From Faecousia sp. (GTDB lineage: Bacteria; Bacillota; Clostridia; Oscillospirales; Oscillospiraceae), in contig JAZQLG010000039.1 of NCBI GenBank assembly GCA_045542575.1, forward strand, positions 38,716 through 102,715: a DNA stretch of 64,000 nucleotides. The letters run 5' to 3'. Shown in pieces: positions 22,747 to 32,217 of the stretch. Position 1 is the first letter of the stretch; every line of letters begins with the position of its first letter. Both the position numbers and the translations under genes were made by a program. Under the pieces are notes generated by a model. It was not told where the DNA came from and made no database searches. It saw only the letters and a program-made list of their open reading frames with translations.

Positions 22747-23424
22747 ATGAAGATTTTAGTTGTTGATGACGAAATTTTGCTTGTAAAGGGCATACGGTTG
22801 AACTTGCAAAACGAAGGATATGAGGTAATTACCGGCAGTAATGGTATTGAAGCCGTTCAAGCAGCTCAGACCCAATCTCCGGATTTGATCATTCTGGATG
22901 TTATGATGCCTGAAATGGACGGTCTGGAAGCATGCACCCGTATTCGGGAATTCTCCCAGGTGCCTATCATTATGCTCACAGCCAAAGCCGAAGATATGGA
23001 TAAATTAATGGGTTTTGAACACGGAGCTGATGATTACTTAACAAAACCTTTCAATATTCTGGAACTGAAAGCTCGTGTCCGGGCCCTCCTCAGGCGTAGC
23101 CAGGCTCAGGCTGCTGCACAAACACAGCACTTCCAAATCGGTGCCATAAGCCTTGATCCCGACGGCAGAAACGCCTACAAAAATAACGAGCTGGTTGAAC
23201 TGACTGCCAAAGAATTTGATGTAATTGAATTCCTTATGAGAAATGCCAATCGGGTCTACTCCCGGGAGGCCCTGCTTGATGCCCTTTGGGCCTATGAATA
23301 TCGCAGCGATATCCGCACTGTCGATGTGCACATTCGCAGATTGCGTGAAAAACTGGAAGAAAATCCTGCCGATCCACAATACATTATGACGAAATGGGGC
23401 GTTGGCTATTACTTCAAAAAATAG
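22747..23424 (+). CDS. OmpR/PhoB-family response regulator
   Basis: VVDDE, LDVMMP, KPF, VDVHIRRLREK, GVGYY. Confidence 0.96.
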   Translation: MKILVVDDEILLVKGIRLNLQNEGYEVITGSNGIEAVQAAQTQSPDLIILDVMMPEMDGLEACTRIREFSQVPIIMLTAKAEDMDKLMGFEHGADDYLTKPFNILELKARVRALLRRSQAQAAAQTQHFQIGAISLDPDGRNAYKNNELVELTAKEFDVIEFLMRNANRVYSREALLDALWAYEYRSDIRTVDVHIRRLREKLEENPADPQYIMTKWGVGYYFKK

Positions 23425-24838
23425 TATTAAAAAGATATTTCGCTACACGGGTTCCCATTTTCGCTATGCAATTTTATATATTGCGCTAACCTTTGTAGCA
23501 CTTTTATTTCTGAACATCTATTCTTCTAAAACGAACCAATCTATCTTCTATAGCGGAAAAGAATCCTATATGCTTGAACGCTGCCAAATGGTTGCTGTGG
23601 AGATCTCAGAATTGGATGTTCTGAATCACACAACTGTTTCCAAGGCGATAAATTCCCTGGGGAACCTGCGCATAAGCAGAATTATCGTTACTGACAGAGC
23701 GGGAATGGGCATTTACGATTCTCTGCCTCAAATGGAAGCCATTGGCAAATATATCTTGCTGCCGGAGGTTGTGGATGCATTGCGGGGAAACGATGTATTC
23801 ACCTGGAAATATCAGGATGCTTCTATGCTTTCCAAGGCTGCCTGTCCGATTGTCAACGGCAACACGATCGCCGGCTGTGTTTACATTGTTGAGTACGATA
23901 TCCAGCAGGGATCTGTTATGCAGTACCAGCAACGCAGCACTCTTACTATCACAATTATTCTGGAAGCACTCCTTATTATTTTCTCGTTGGCTTTCTCTAA
24001 GGCCTATAGCAGAAGAATGCGGAAATTGACGGATTCTATTGGCACGATCCGAACCGGCGACTATACAACCAAGGTTTCCCTTGGCGGCAACGACGAACTA
24101 ACTGTGCTTGGCGATGAATTCAATGGACTTGTTGAAATGCTGCATACATCCGAAGAAACAAGACGGCAATTCGTATCCGACGCATCACATGAGCTGAAAA
24201 CTCCCCTTGCCTCCATCAAGCTTTTGTCTGATTCCATTCTGCAAAACGACCTTGATGTAGATACTGTAAAAGAGTTCGTTGGCGATATCGGAAATGAAGC
24301 TGACCGACTTACACGCATGACCCAAAAACTTTTATCCTTAACCAGGGCTGAAGACGACAATAGAAATGACCATGTAATCACCTGGATCGGTCCTACGATA
24401 GAGAAAGTTGCCCGTATGGTCTCTGCAATTGCCGGCGAAAAAGGTATTGATGTCAATGTCATTATCGAGCACGACTGCAGCATTCTTATCATCGAGGATG
24501 ACCTGTATCAAATTCTCTTTAACTTAGCCGAAAATGGTGTAAAGTACAATAGAGTTGGCGGTTCCCTTACATTAAAGCTGTCCCGCAATGGTGATGATGC
24601 TGTTCTGCAGGTAGCTGACACAGGTGTAGGAATTCCTGACAATGCTGTTGAAAGAGTGTTTGAGCGTTTTTACCGTGTGGACAAGGCCCGTTCCCGACAG
24701 TCCGGCGGAAGTGGCTTGGGTCTTTCCATTGTTAAATCAATGGTAGAACGAAATGACGGCACTATTTCAGTATCCAGCAAAGAAAATGTCGGAACAACAT
24801 TTACGGTCACCTTCCCTGTTTTCGATATGGAGGTATAA
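23402..24838 (+). CDS. Sensor histidine kinase (2 TM, HAMP, HisKA, HATPase)
   Basis: SHELKTPL, NLAENGVKY, DTGVGI, FERFYR, GSGLGL. Confidence 0.96.
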   Translation: MAITSKNSIKKIFRYTGSHFRYAILYIALTFVALLFLNIYSSKTNQSIFYSGKESYMLERCQMVAVEISELDVLNHTTVSKAINSLGNLRISRIIVTDRAGMGIYDSLPQMEAIGKYILLPEVVDALRGNDVFTWKYQDASMLSKAACPIVNGNTIAGCVYIVEYDIQQGSVMQYQQRSTLTITIILEALLIIFSLAFSKAYSRRMRKLTDSIGTIRTGDYTTKVSLGGNDELTVLGDEFNGLVEMLHTSEETRRQFVSDASHELKTPLASIKLLSDSILQNDLDVDTVKEFVGDIGNEADRLTRMTQKLLSLTRAEDDNRNDHVITWIGPTIEKVARMVSAIAGEKGIDVNVIIEHDCSILIIEDDLYQILFNLAENGVKYNRVGGSLTLKLSRNGDDAVLQVADTGVGIPDNAVERVFERFYRVDKARSRQSGGSGLGLSIVKSMVERNDGTISVSSKENVGTTFTVTFPVFDMEV

Positions 24839-24843
24839 GCAAA

Positions 24844-25350
24844 ATGAAATTATTATCCATACTAATTTGCATATTGCTTGTCCTTTTTCTGTTTGGATGT
24901 ACCAATGTTGATAAATTCCAAACATCTGTATCATTCTACTATTGTGTTAAGGATATTGACCACAAAAACGGATCGAGTGTATTCTATGCTGAAACCCGGG
25001 AAGGTGCTGCCTTTGAAGACGATCTCATTGGGCTTCTTAATGTATATTTTGCAGGTCCTGAGAACGATGATCTTTACAATCCCTTTCCCACCGGCAGCAG
25101 CATTACAGCATCAAAACGGGAAGGAAATGTATTGACATTGCATTTAAGTGAGGAATTCGACAAGCTTTCCCTGAACAAGCTCACCCTCGCAATTGCCTGC
25201 CTTGCCCAAACGACCTTCAGCTATACATCTGTACCTGTTTTGCTGCTGATCCCCCATGGTACCTTCATTGACGGCAGCACATACAAAACCTTTACTGCTG
25301 ACAGTTTTTTATACTCTGATCAAAACATAACCTACAACGCACCACAATGA
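24844..25350 (+). CDS. Lipoprotein with probable GerMN domain
   Basis: LFGC lipobox; the segment AGP...LYNPFP..S......GNVLTLHLSEEF...AIACLAQT resembles GerMN. Confidence 0.65.
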   Translation: MKLLSILICILLVLFLFGCTNVDKFQTSVSFYYCVKDIDHKNGSSVFYAETREGAAFEDDLIGLLNVYFAGPENDDLYNPFPTGSSITASKREGNVLTLHLSEEFDKLSLNKLTLAIACLAQTTFSYTSVPVLLLIPHGTFIDGSTYKTFTADSFLYSDQNITYNAPQ

Positions 25351-25358
25351 GGTATCCT

Positions 25359-26114
25359 ATGAAATTTATCAGTTGGAACGTGAATGGACTGCGCGCATGT
25401 GTGCAGAAGGGCTTTCTTGACTATTTTAAGACTGCGGATGCAGACTTTTTCTGTCTGCAGGAAACAAAACTTCAGGCAGATCAAATATCCCTTGATCTGC
25501 CTGGTTATCACCAATATTGGAATTATGCTGAGAAAAAAGGGTATTCCGGTACAGCTGTTTTTTGTAAGGAGCAGCCTCTGCAGGTTTCCTATGGAATTGG
25601 ATTTGAGGAAATGGACACAGAGGGCCGCGTCATTACTCTAGAGTACGATGACTTCTATCTTGTTACCTGTTATACGCCAAATTCACAAAGAGAATTAACT
25701 CGGCTCCCCTACCGCCTGCGCTGGGAAAAAGCCTTTGCGGACTACCTCACAGAATTGGATCGCAGGAAACCTGTTATTATTTGCGGTGACTTGAATGTTG
25801 CTCATAAAGAAATCGATCTTAAAAATCCTTCCTCCAATCGGCAAAGTGCCGGATTTACAGAGGAAGAACGAGCCGCTTTCGGAAACCTCTTAAGCAGGGG
25901 CTTTACTGATACCTTCCGCTATTTGTACCCTGATTTGACCGGTGCCTATTCCTGGTGGAGCTATATGTTTCAGGCACGCAAGAATAACGCCGGCTGGCGT
26001 ATTGATTATTTTCTGGTTTCCGACCGCATCCGCGAAAAGATCACTGAGGCTGCCATCCATTCTGAAATACACGGCTCTGACCACTGCCCTGTATCTTTGG
26101 AGCTTACTCGCTAA
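25359..26114 (+). CDS. exoA: Exodeoxyribonuclease III (AP endonuclease)
   Basis: SWNVNGLRA, LQETK, GDLNVAH, GWRIDY, SDHCP. Confidence 0.96.
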   Translation: MKFISWNVNGLRACVQKGFLDYFKTADADFFCLQETKLQADQISLDLPGYHQYWNYAEKKGYSGTAVFCKEQPLQVSYGIGFEEMDTEGRVITLEYDDFYLVTCYTPNSQRELTRLPYRLRWEKAFADYLTELDRRKPVIICGDLNVAHKEIDLKNPSSNRQSAGFTEEERAAFGNLLSRGFTDTFRYLYPDLTGAYSWWSYMFQARKNNAGWRIDYFLVSDRIREKITEAAIHSEIHGSDHCPVSLELTR

Positions 26115-26478
26115 AAACAATTCCAATCTCATTATTTCTTCGAGCCATTCTTGCCATGTCAAGTCTTTCAAAATGAGGAAAGGGTGCATTGGGATCAATC
26201 GCAATGAAGTCTTGCGCAGACTCCGTGTATTTGGGGCATATTGAAAATCGAAGATCTTTTTCGTCAATATATTTGACAGGGAGCTTTGTGTCAATTTTAT
26301 ATATCCCGCCTGTTCTTATACATGTTCCAAGATTATATGTTTTACCGGCTGTTTCCATGTAGACTTTACAAAGTGCATCTGTAGGAATTTTGCAAGTGCA
26401 GGATATCTTAAAATACAAACCTGATCTTATAAGATTAGCTCTGCCGTATTCATTACCGTCGTAATATATTGGAAACAT
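26104..26478 (-). CDS. Hypothetical protein
   Basis: GGAGG RBS and a 124-aa ORF filling the gap; no recognisable motif. Confidence 0.7.
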   Translation of the reverse strand: MFPIYYDGNEYGRANLIRSGLYFKISCTCKIPTDALCKVYMETAGKTYNLGTCIRTGGIYKIDTKLPVKYIDEKDLRFSICPKYTESAQDFIAIDPNAPFPHFERLDMARMARRNNEIGIVFSE

Positions 26479-26521
26479 AACAGCACCTCCATAGCGCATT
26501 CTATGCACTATGAAGGTGCTG
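26474..26521 (-). terminator. 19-bp hairpin after mazF that contains the next gene's SD
   Basis: CAGCACCTTCATAGTGCAT-AGA-ATGCGCTATGGAGGTGCTG; fully paired with two G-U pairs only as minus-strand RNA. Confidence 0.6.
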
Positions 26522-26524
26522 AAT

Positions 26525-26890
26525 TCATATAGACCGTCCTCCGTTAAGGCCAAAGCTCACCAAAATGGCATCATCGACAAGAGCCATTGTGCCATCGTCC
26601 AATTTACCCATATGCTCACGCAAACGGCGCTTATCAATCGTCCGTACCTGCTCAAGCAAAATAATCGAATCCTTACTTAAGCCTACACTTCCACCGGAAA
26701 TATTAATATGGGTCGGAAGGCGTGCTTTTCCTGTTTGGCTGGTAATTGCTGCCGCAATCACTGTTGGAGAATGCCTGTTACCGGTATCATTTTGAATAAT
26801 CAACACAGGCCGCGTGCCGCCCTGTTCACTACCAACAACCGGGGATAGGTCTGCATAGAATATATCTCCCCGTCTGACTGATCCTTCCAT
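26525..26890 (-). CDS. mazF: MazF/PemK-family endoribonuclease toxin (NdoA/EndoA-like)
   Basis: [45 protein letters not shown]. Confidence 0.96.
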   Translation of the reverse strand: MEGSVRRGDIFYADLSPVVGSEQGGTRPVLIIQNDTGNRHSPTVIAAAITSQTGKARLPTHINISGGSVGLSKDSIILLEQVRTIDKRRLREHMGKLDDGTMALVDDAILVSFGLNGGRSI

Positions 26891-27024
26891 CTTTTCACAC
26901 TCCGCAGAAATCATTGCTCACGCTACAACCTCTTCTATGTAACGCGGTGCAAATAGTATTCCACGCACATAGAGTTTTATACGGTATGCATAGCATTGTA
27001 TTCTATGGAGAAAACGACGGATTG

Positions 27025-27588
27025 TTACAGATAATTAAAGGACATAATCAACATCGACAAAATCTTTCTGCCTTTCCAAATAAACTCGCAGCTTATGGGT
27101 TTCTCCTGTTCATCAAACTGGATCTGCATCAAAATGCTGTCTTCTTCATATGTATCTGCTATTGTCAGTGACATTCTACCCCGATTTATATCACAGGTGC
27201 GGATGTATCCGCTTCTTAATCCATTCATAAGCAGCCACGGGGCGCTTAAGGGCGTGGGAAGCCCTTCCGACAGAAGTGGGAATCCAAGCACATTTTCGTC
27301 AAAAATAACTTTACCAACTGCATCAGATATTGTTCCGGTAATTCCGGATATGGAAGCCGGAGCCGAGACCGTAAATGATACATTTCCTTTATTGTCCGCT
27401 TCACATTCGAGGCCAAACTGATACAATATCTCCCCATAGTCTGCAGTCACATTACAGGAAAATTGACATCCATTTACATTTAACAGGTTTTGCCTAAACG
27501 CCAGTGCTCTGTCCATATCCTCCTGTGCAGAATTGCATCCTGCAAACAAAATAATTACCAAAATGAATGCCGCATATAATCGCTTCAT
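27025..27588 (-). CDS. LolA-like sporulation lipoprotein (YdcC/GerS-related)
   Basis: FAGC lipobox, beta-rich sequence, the ydcC/gerS position upstream of mazF and a sigma-E-type promoter. Confidence 0.6.
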   Translation of the reverse strand: MKRLYAAFILVIILFAGCNSAQEDMDRALAFRQNLLNVNGCQFSCNVTADYGEILYQFGLECEADNKGNVSFTVSAPASISGITGTISDAVGKVIFDENVLGFPLLSEGLPTPLSAPWLLMNGLRSGYIRTCDINRGRMSLTIADTYEEDSILMQIQFDEQEKPISCEFIWKGRKILSMLIMSFNYL

Positions 27589-27620
27589 ATGAATCCTCCC
27601 GAAAAATCCTATCTCACAAT

Positions 27621-27647
27621 AATTTATGGTGGTGCTCCATAAATATG
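27621..27647 (-). promoter_or_regulatory. Sigma-E-type promoter
   Basis: CATA-15 nt-CATAAATT on the minus strand, the same spacing as the yunB promoter. Confidence 0.6.
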
Positions 27648-27744
27648 TTTAAATTCTTCTAACCGCATAACAGTACGTTTTTCTGTAAAAGCACAAAAAA
27701 GACTTGCAAAATACCACAAACCATGTTATGATTTTGTGGATATG

Positions 27745-27990
27745 AAAAGGCTGTGAACGAGCCGTCTTGTATGGGCAACATCCTTATCAGCGAATGTGGG
27801 ACAGTGGGAGCCACTTGGATGCCATATTGGGCTTTCTCTCGGGAGCCGCAACTTGAACTAAAGTAGAGTGTGCCGCGTGACTGCGTTAAAAGTCTTAGGT
27901 GTGTTTGCACCAAAAGTGCGCTTTTTGGCGAATCGTGGGTGGTACCGCGGAGGAAATCCTTCGTCCCTTTATGGACGGGGATTATTTTTT
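27745..27990 (+). promoter_or_regulatory. T-box riboswitch (Phe)
   Basis: Specifier TTC (27834-27836), AGTA and GCGTTA stem II/IIA motifs, T-box AATCGTGGGTGGTACCGCGG, terminator with a T-run; TTGCAA-17-TATGAT promoter upstream. Confidence 0.93.
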
Positions 27991-28017
27991 TGTAATTTTA
28001 ACCGAGAGGTGTATGAA

Positions 28018-29061
28018 ATGAAAGAAAAGTTAGAACAAATCAAAGTACAGGCCCTTACTGAACTGGATCAAGCACAAGATCTTGCCGTTTTGGAAGAGCT
28101 TCGCGTTCGTCTTTTGGGCAAGAAGGGTGAACTGACTGCCGTTCTTAAAATGATGGGTGGCCTGTCTGCCGAAGAACGCCCTGTTATGGGACAGCTGGCA
28201 AACAGCGTTCGCGCAGCCATTGAGGAAAAATTGGAGCTTCGAAAGAAAGAGCTGAATGCAGCTGCGCTGGAAGCAAAACTGGCTGCTGAAGCCATCGATG
28301 TTACCATCCCCGGTAACGATGTTGTTATGGGCCACGAGCACCCGATGAATCAGGTTCTGCAGGAAATCAAAGACCTGTTTGTGGGTATGGGCTACCAGAT
28401 CGTTGACGGCCCTGAAGTAGAATATGCGGACTATAACTTTACACGGCTGAACATTGAAGAAGGCCATCCTTCCCGTGACCGTTCCGACACCTTCTACTTT
28501 ACCGATGATGACACTGTTCTTCTTCGTACACAGACCAGCCCAATGCAGATCCGTGTTATGGAGAACACCAAGCCCCCTATCTGCATCCTGGCACCCGGTC
28601 GTGTCTACAGAAAGGACGAGGCAGATGCGACCCACTCCCCTATGTTCCACCAGATCGAAGGTCTCGTAATTGACGAACACATCACAATGGGCGACCTGAA
28701 GGGTGCCCTTGTCAATCTGATGAAAAAGCTTTACGGTGAAGATGCGGTTATGCGCTTCCGTCCCCACCACTTCCCATTCACTGAGCCCAGCTGTGAGATG
28801 GATATGCAGTGCCACAAGTGCCACGGAACCGGCGAAGTAGACGGTGCAACCTGCTCCACCTGCCACGGTGAAGGTTGGATCGAACTTCTAGGTGCCGGTA
28901 TGGTTCACCCTGCTGTTCTGGAAGGCTGTGGCATCGACCCTGAAAAGTATTCCGGCTTTGCCTTTGGTATGGGTCTGGAGCGTATGGCAATGCGCCGCCG
29001 CAGAATCAACGACCTGCGCCTCATTTTCGACAACGATGTACGGTTCCTGGGCCAGTTTTAA
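28018..29061 (+). CDS. pheS: Phenylalanyl-tRNA synthetase alpha subunit
   Basis: LLRTQTSP, DATHSPMFHQIEG, FPFTEPS, GFAFGMGLER. Confidence 0.99.
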   Translation: MKEKLEQIKVQALTELDQAQDLAVLEELRVRLLGKKGELTAVLKMMGGLSAEERPVMGQLANSVRAAIEEKLELRKKELNAAALEAKLAAEAIDVTIPGNDVVMGHEHPMNQVLQEIKDLFVGMGYQIVDGPEVEYADYNFTRLNIEEGHPSRDRSDTFYFTDDDTVLLRTQTSPMQIRVMENTKPPICILAPGRVYRKDEADATHSPMFHQIEGLVIDEHITMGDLKGALVNLMKKLYGEDAVMRFRPHHFPFTEPSCEMDMQCHKCHGTGEVDGATCSTCHGEGWIELLGAGMVHPAVLEGCGIDPEKYSGFAFGMGLERMAMRRRRINDLRLIFDNDVRFLGQF

Positions 29062-29073
29062 GGAGGTATCCCA

Positions 29074-31455
29074 ATGAAATTGAACAGAAAATGGCTTCAT
29101 GAGGAATTTGTTGACCTTTCCTCTGTGAGCGACAAAGAATATGTAGAAAAATTAACGATCTTCGGCCAGAAGGTTGAGACATATGAAAGAATGGACAGCG
29201 AAATAAAGAATGTTGTCGTAGGTAAAGTTCTTTCTATTGTTCGTCATGAGAATTCCGACCATATGTGGGTTTGCCAGGTAGATGTGGGTCAGGCAGATCC
29301 TGTTCAGATCGTTACAGGTGCTCAAAATGTTAAGGAAGGCGACCTGGTTCCTGCGGCATTGCACAACTCATTCTTGCCGGGTGGAATCCACATTACCAAG
29401 GGCAAGCTGCGCGGTGAAGTATCCAACGGCATGCTTTGCAGCTTAAAGGAGCTGGATCTCACACTTGGTGATTTTCCCTATGCGATCGAAGACGGTATTT
29501 GGATCATTGAAGAAGATTGCAAACCCGGTGATGATATCAATACTATCATCGGTAATGATGATACGGTTGTTGACTTTGAAATCACCAACAACCGTCCCGA
29601 TTGTTACTCCATCATTGGCCTTGCAAGAGAATCCGCTGCCGCATTTGGCCTGCCTATGAAGCATCATGAGCCTTGTGTTAAAGGCAGTGAGGCTGGCTCC
29701 ATGTACGAATATTTGGATGTGGAAGTGCCCGCAGAGGACCTGTGTAACCGCTACAGCGCCCGGATGGTTGCCAATGTAAAGATTGGTCCTTCTCCCAAAT
29801 GGATGCGGCAAAGACTCCGTGCCAATGGTGTTCGTCCCATTAATAACATTGTGGACATTACCAACTATGTAATGCTGGAGTACGGCCAGCCAATGCATGC
29901 TTTTGATTATCGCTATGTCGCTTCCGGTAAGATCATTGTTCGTGAGGCTGTGGAGGGAGAAACTCTCACAACGCTTGATGGCAATATCAGAAACCTGAAG
30001 CCCGGTATGCTGGTAATTGCTGACGAGAATAAGCCCATTGGCCTTGCCGGTATTATGGGCGGTGAAAACTCCGAGATCCTGCCGGACACCACTACTGTTG
30101 TGTTTGAGTCTGCCAACTTCAACGGCACATCCATTCGCCAGACCGCTCTTGCATTGGGTATGCGTACAGAATCCTCCGGCAAGTTTGAAAAGAATCTCGA
30201 CCCCATGATGACCGTTCCTGCTGTACAAAGAGCCTGTGAGCTGGTTGAAATGCTTGGCTGCGGCGATGTAATGGACGGAATTGTTGACATTGTTAACTAT
30301 GTACCGCAGCCCAAAACTGTAAAGCTGGAGCCTGATAAAATCAACGCACTGCTCGGCACCAATATTGATAAGGAAACAATGGTTTCCTATCTGAACAATT
30401 TGGAGATCCCTGTTGAAGGTGATGATATTCTCGTCCCCTCATTCCGTCCCGATCTGAATCTTATGGCAGATATTGCCGAAGAAGTAGGCCGCAGCTTTGG
30501 TTACAATGAGATTCCTATTACCGAATTCAAGAATTCTACCCAGGGCGGATACAGCCCCATTATGAAGCTGGAAAGCAAGGCTGGCAGTGTTTGCCGTTCC
30601 CTTGGCTACAGTGAGATCATCACCTACTCTTTCGTCTCCCCCACAATTTTTGATCAGATCCGCCTTCCCAAGGATAGCCCCTTACGCAATGCCTTAAAGA
30701 TTCAAAATCCCTTGGGTGAAGATACTTCTATTATGCGCACCACAGCGCTGCCCTCTATGCTGGATATCCTTTCCCGCAACAGTGCATATCACAATAAGGC
30801 TGCAAAGCTTTATGAGCTTGCAAAGATTTATCTTCCCCAGGAGGCCGGCTTACCTGCAGAACCAAAGATCCTCGTTCTGGGTTCCTACGGTGCAGGAGAA
30901 AACTTCTTCTCCCTCAAGGGGGAGCTGGAGGCTGTCTTCACTGGTCTTCGGATCCAGAAGGCAACATATACCGCCGTGAGCGACAATCCCAGTTATCACC
31001 CCGGTCGTTGCGCAAAGGTCACAATCTCCGGTGTGGATGTCGGCTACATTGGCCAGGTCCACCCGCTCGTTGCGGCAAACTACGATATGGATATGGAAGT
31101 TTACTGCGCCGAGATCGATTTTGAAAAGCTGTTCTCCTTACAGTTACCTGAACCTACCTACACACCTCTGCCCAAGTATCCTGCTGTAACGCGCGATATC
31201 GCCATCGTTTGCGATGAAACTGTTACTGTGGGACAGGCACAGGATGTGATCGTAAAAGCTGGCGGTAAGCTTCTGCGTAATGTCCGTCTTTTTGATATTT
31301 ACAGAGGTGCAAACCTGGGTGAAAACAAGAAGAGCCTTGCATTCTCTTTAACGCTTCGGGCTGACGACAGGACACTGACTGATGATGATTCCGAGGGCAC
31401 GATCAGCAAGATACTCAGTGCCTTAGGCAGCACTTTAGGCGCAGCTCTTCGTTGA
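29074..31455 (+). CDS. pheT: Phenylalanyl-tRNA synthetase beta subunit
   Basis: tRNA-binding OB domain (LRGEVSNGMLCS), NRPDC, INNIVDITNY and C-terminal FDX-ACB domain. Confidence 0.99.
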   Translation: MKLNRKWLHEEFVDLSSVSDKEYVEKLTIFGQKVETYERMDSEIKNVVVGKVLSIVRHENSDHMWVCQVDVGQADPVQIVTGAQNVKEGDLVPAALHNSFLPGGIHITKGKLRGEVSNGMLCSLKELDLTLGDFPYAIEDGIWIIEEDCKPGDDINTIIGNDDTVVDFEITNNRPDCYSIIGLARESAAAFGLPMKHHEPCVKGSEAGSMYEYLDVEVPAEDLCNRYSARMVANVKIGPSPKWMRQRLRANGVRPINNIVDITNYVMLEYGQPMHAFDYRYVASGKIIVREAVEGETLTTLDGNIRNLKPGMLVIADENKPIGLAGIMGGENSEILPDTTTVVFESANFNGTSIRQTALALGMRTESSGKFEKNLDPMMTVPAVQRACELVEMLGCGDVMDGIVDIVNYVPQPKTVKLEPDKINALLGTNIDKETMVSYLNNLEIPVEGDDILVPSFRPDLNLMADIAEEVGRSFGYNEIPITEFKNSTQGGYSPIMKLESKAGSVCRSLGYSEIITYSFVSPTIFDQIRLPKDSPLRNALKIQNPLGEDTSIMRTTALPSMLDILSRNSAYHNKAAKLYELAKIYLPQEAGLPAEPKILVLGSYGAGENFFSLKGELEAVFTGLRIQKATYTAVSDNPSYHPGRCAKVTISGVDVGYIGQVHPLVAANYDMDMEVYCAEIDFEKLFSLQLPEPTYTPLPKYPAVTRDIAIVCDETVTVGQAQDVIVKAGGKLLRNVRLFDIYRGANLGENKKSLAFSLTLRADDRTLTDDDSEGTISKILSALGSTLGAALR

Positions 31456-31536
31456 TCGTAAATTTTTCAAAAAACACTTTACACAATTTAAGAAATAGGA
31501 TATAATAATCCCATAATTCGGAAGGAGGTCGTTTCC

Positions 31537-31794
31537 ATGACGGACAATACCAGTAATACCATCAAATTCAAAGTACCCTGTGACGAAACAGAGAATATGC
31601 GTCAAATTCTCCGCTGTGTTTTCGACGCTCTTAACGAAAAGGGATATAATCCCATCAATCAAATCGTCGGCTACCTTCTTACAGAGGATCCCACCTATAT
31701 TACCAATTACAATAATGCCCGCAGCATTATTTGTAAGATCGACCGGGACGAACTGATGAAGGCTTTGGTGCAGAACTATTTGTTCAAGTGTTAA
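31537..31794 (+). CDS. ireB: IreB/ReoM-family regulatory phosphoprotein
   Basis: [26 protein letters not shown] motif and an N-terminal Thr in NTIKF. Confidence 0.93.
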   Translation: MTDNTSNTIKFKVPCDETENMRQILRCVFDALNEKGYNPINQIVGYLLTEDPTYITNYNNARSIICKIDRDELMKALVQNYLFKC

Positions 31795-31842
31795 TATTTC
31801 GTCGGGAGGCACTGCCTCCCGACACATTTACGGGAGGATAAT

Positions 31843-32124
31843 ATGGCTGAACTTCTAACATATAAGGGACACCCGCTAATGCGGAAGGATAATTTGATCT
31901 ACTACGGTTCAATGGCTGATTCTCACATCGTAATGCTGCAGATTTTGGAAACAAAAAAAGTAAACGATGTGGATGTCGCAACAAAGGTTTCTGTACAGTT
32001 GCAGCTGACAGATCCTACTGCCAAGAGCCGCGACAGAGTTGTGAAGAAGAGCGAAAAGGCAGGTCTTTACACTGCACTGGACTTTGGCTGTGTTTGGCTT
32101 GAAAGAGCCCTTGCAGGCAAGTAA
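31843..32124 (+). CDS. Hypothetical protein
   Basis: GGGAGG RBS, 93-aa ORF, followed by a terminator. Confidence 0.8.
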   Translation: MAELLTYKGHPLMRKDNLIYYGSMADSHIVMLQILETKKVNDVDVATKVSVQLQLTDPTAKSRDRVVKKSEKAGLYTALDFGCVWLERALAGK

Positions 32125-32129
32125 AATTC

Positions 32130-32166
32130 ACCGCCCAATGGAAGCACTCCATTGGGCGGTTTCTTA
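32130..32166 (+). terminator. Intrinsic terminator
   Basis: ACCGCCCAATGGA/TCCATTGGGCGGT followed by TTCTT. Confidence 0.85.
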
Positions 32167-32195
32167 TTATATTTTTTTATCTTTGTAGCATACTA
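32167..32195 (+). promoter_or_regulatory. Sigma-G-type promoter of spoVA
   Basis: TTATA-17 nt-CATACTA; spoVA is a known sigma-G target. Confidence 0.55.
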
Positions 32196-32217
32196 AATTC
32201 AAAAGGAGGCAGAAATT

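Noticed and set aside
26891-27024. Tiny ORFs upstream of mazF (such as MSNDFCGV) as an antitoxin
   Set aside because: They are far too short, and I cannot show any similarity to NdoAI/MazE; a peptide or RNA antitoxin cannot be excluded but is unsupported.
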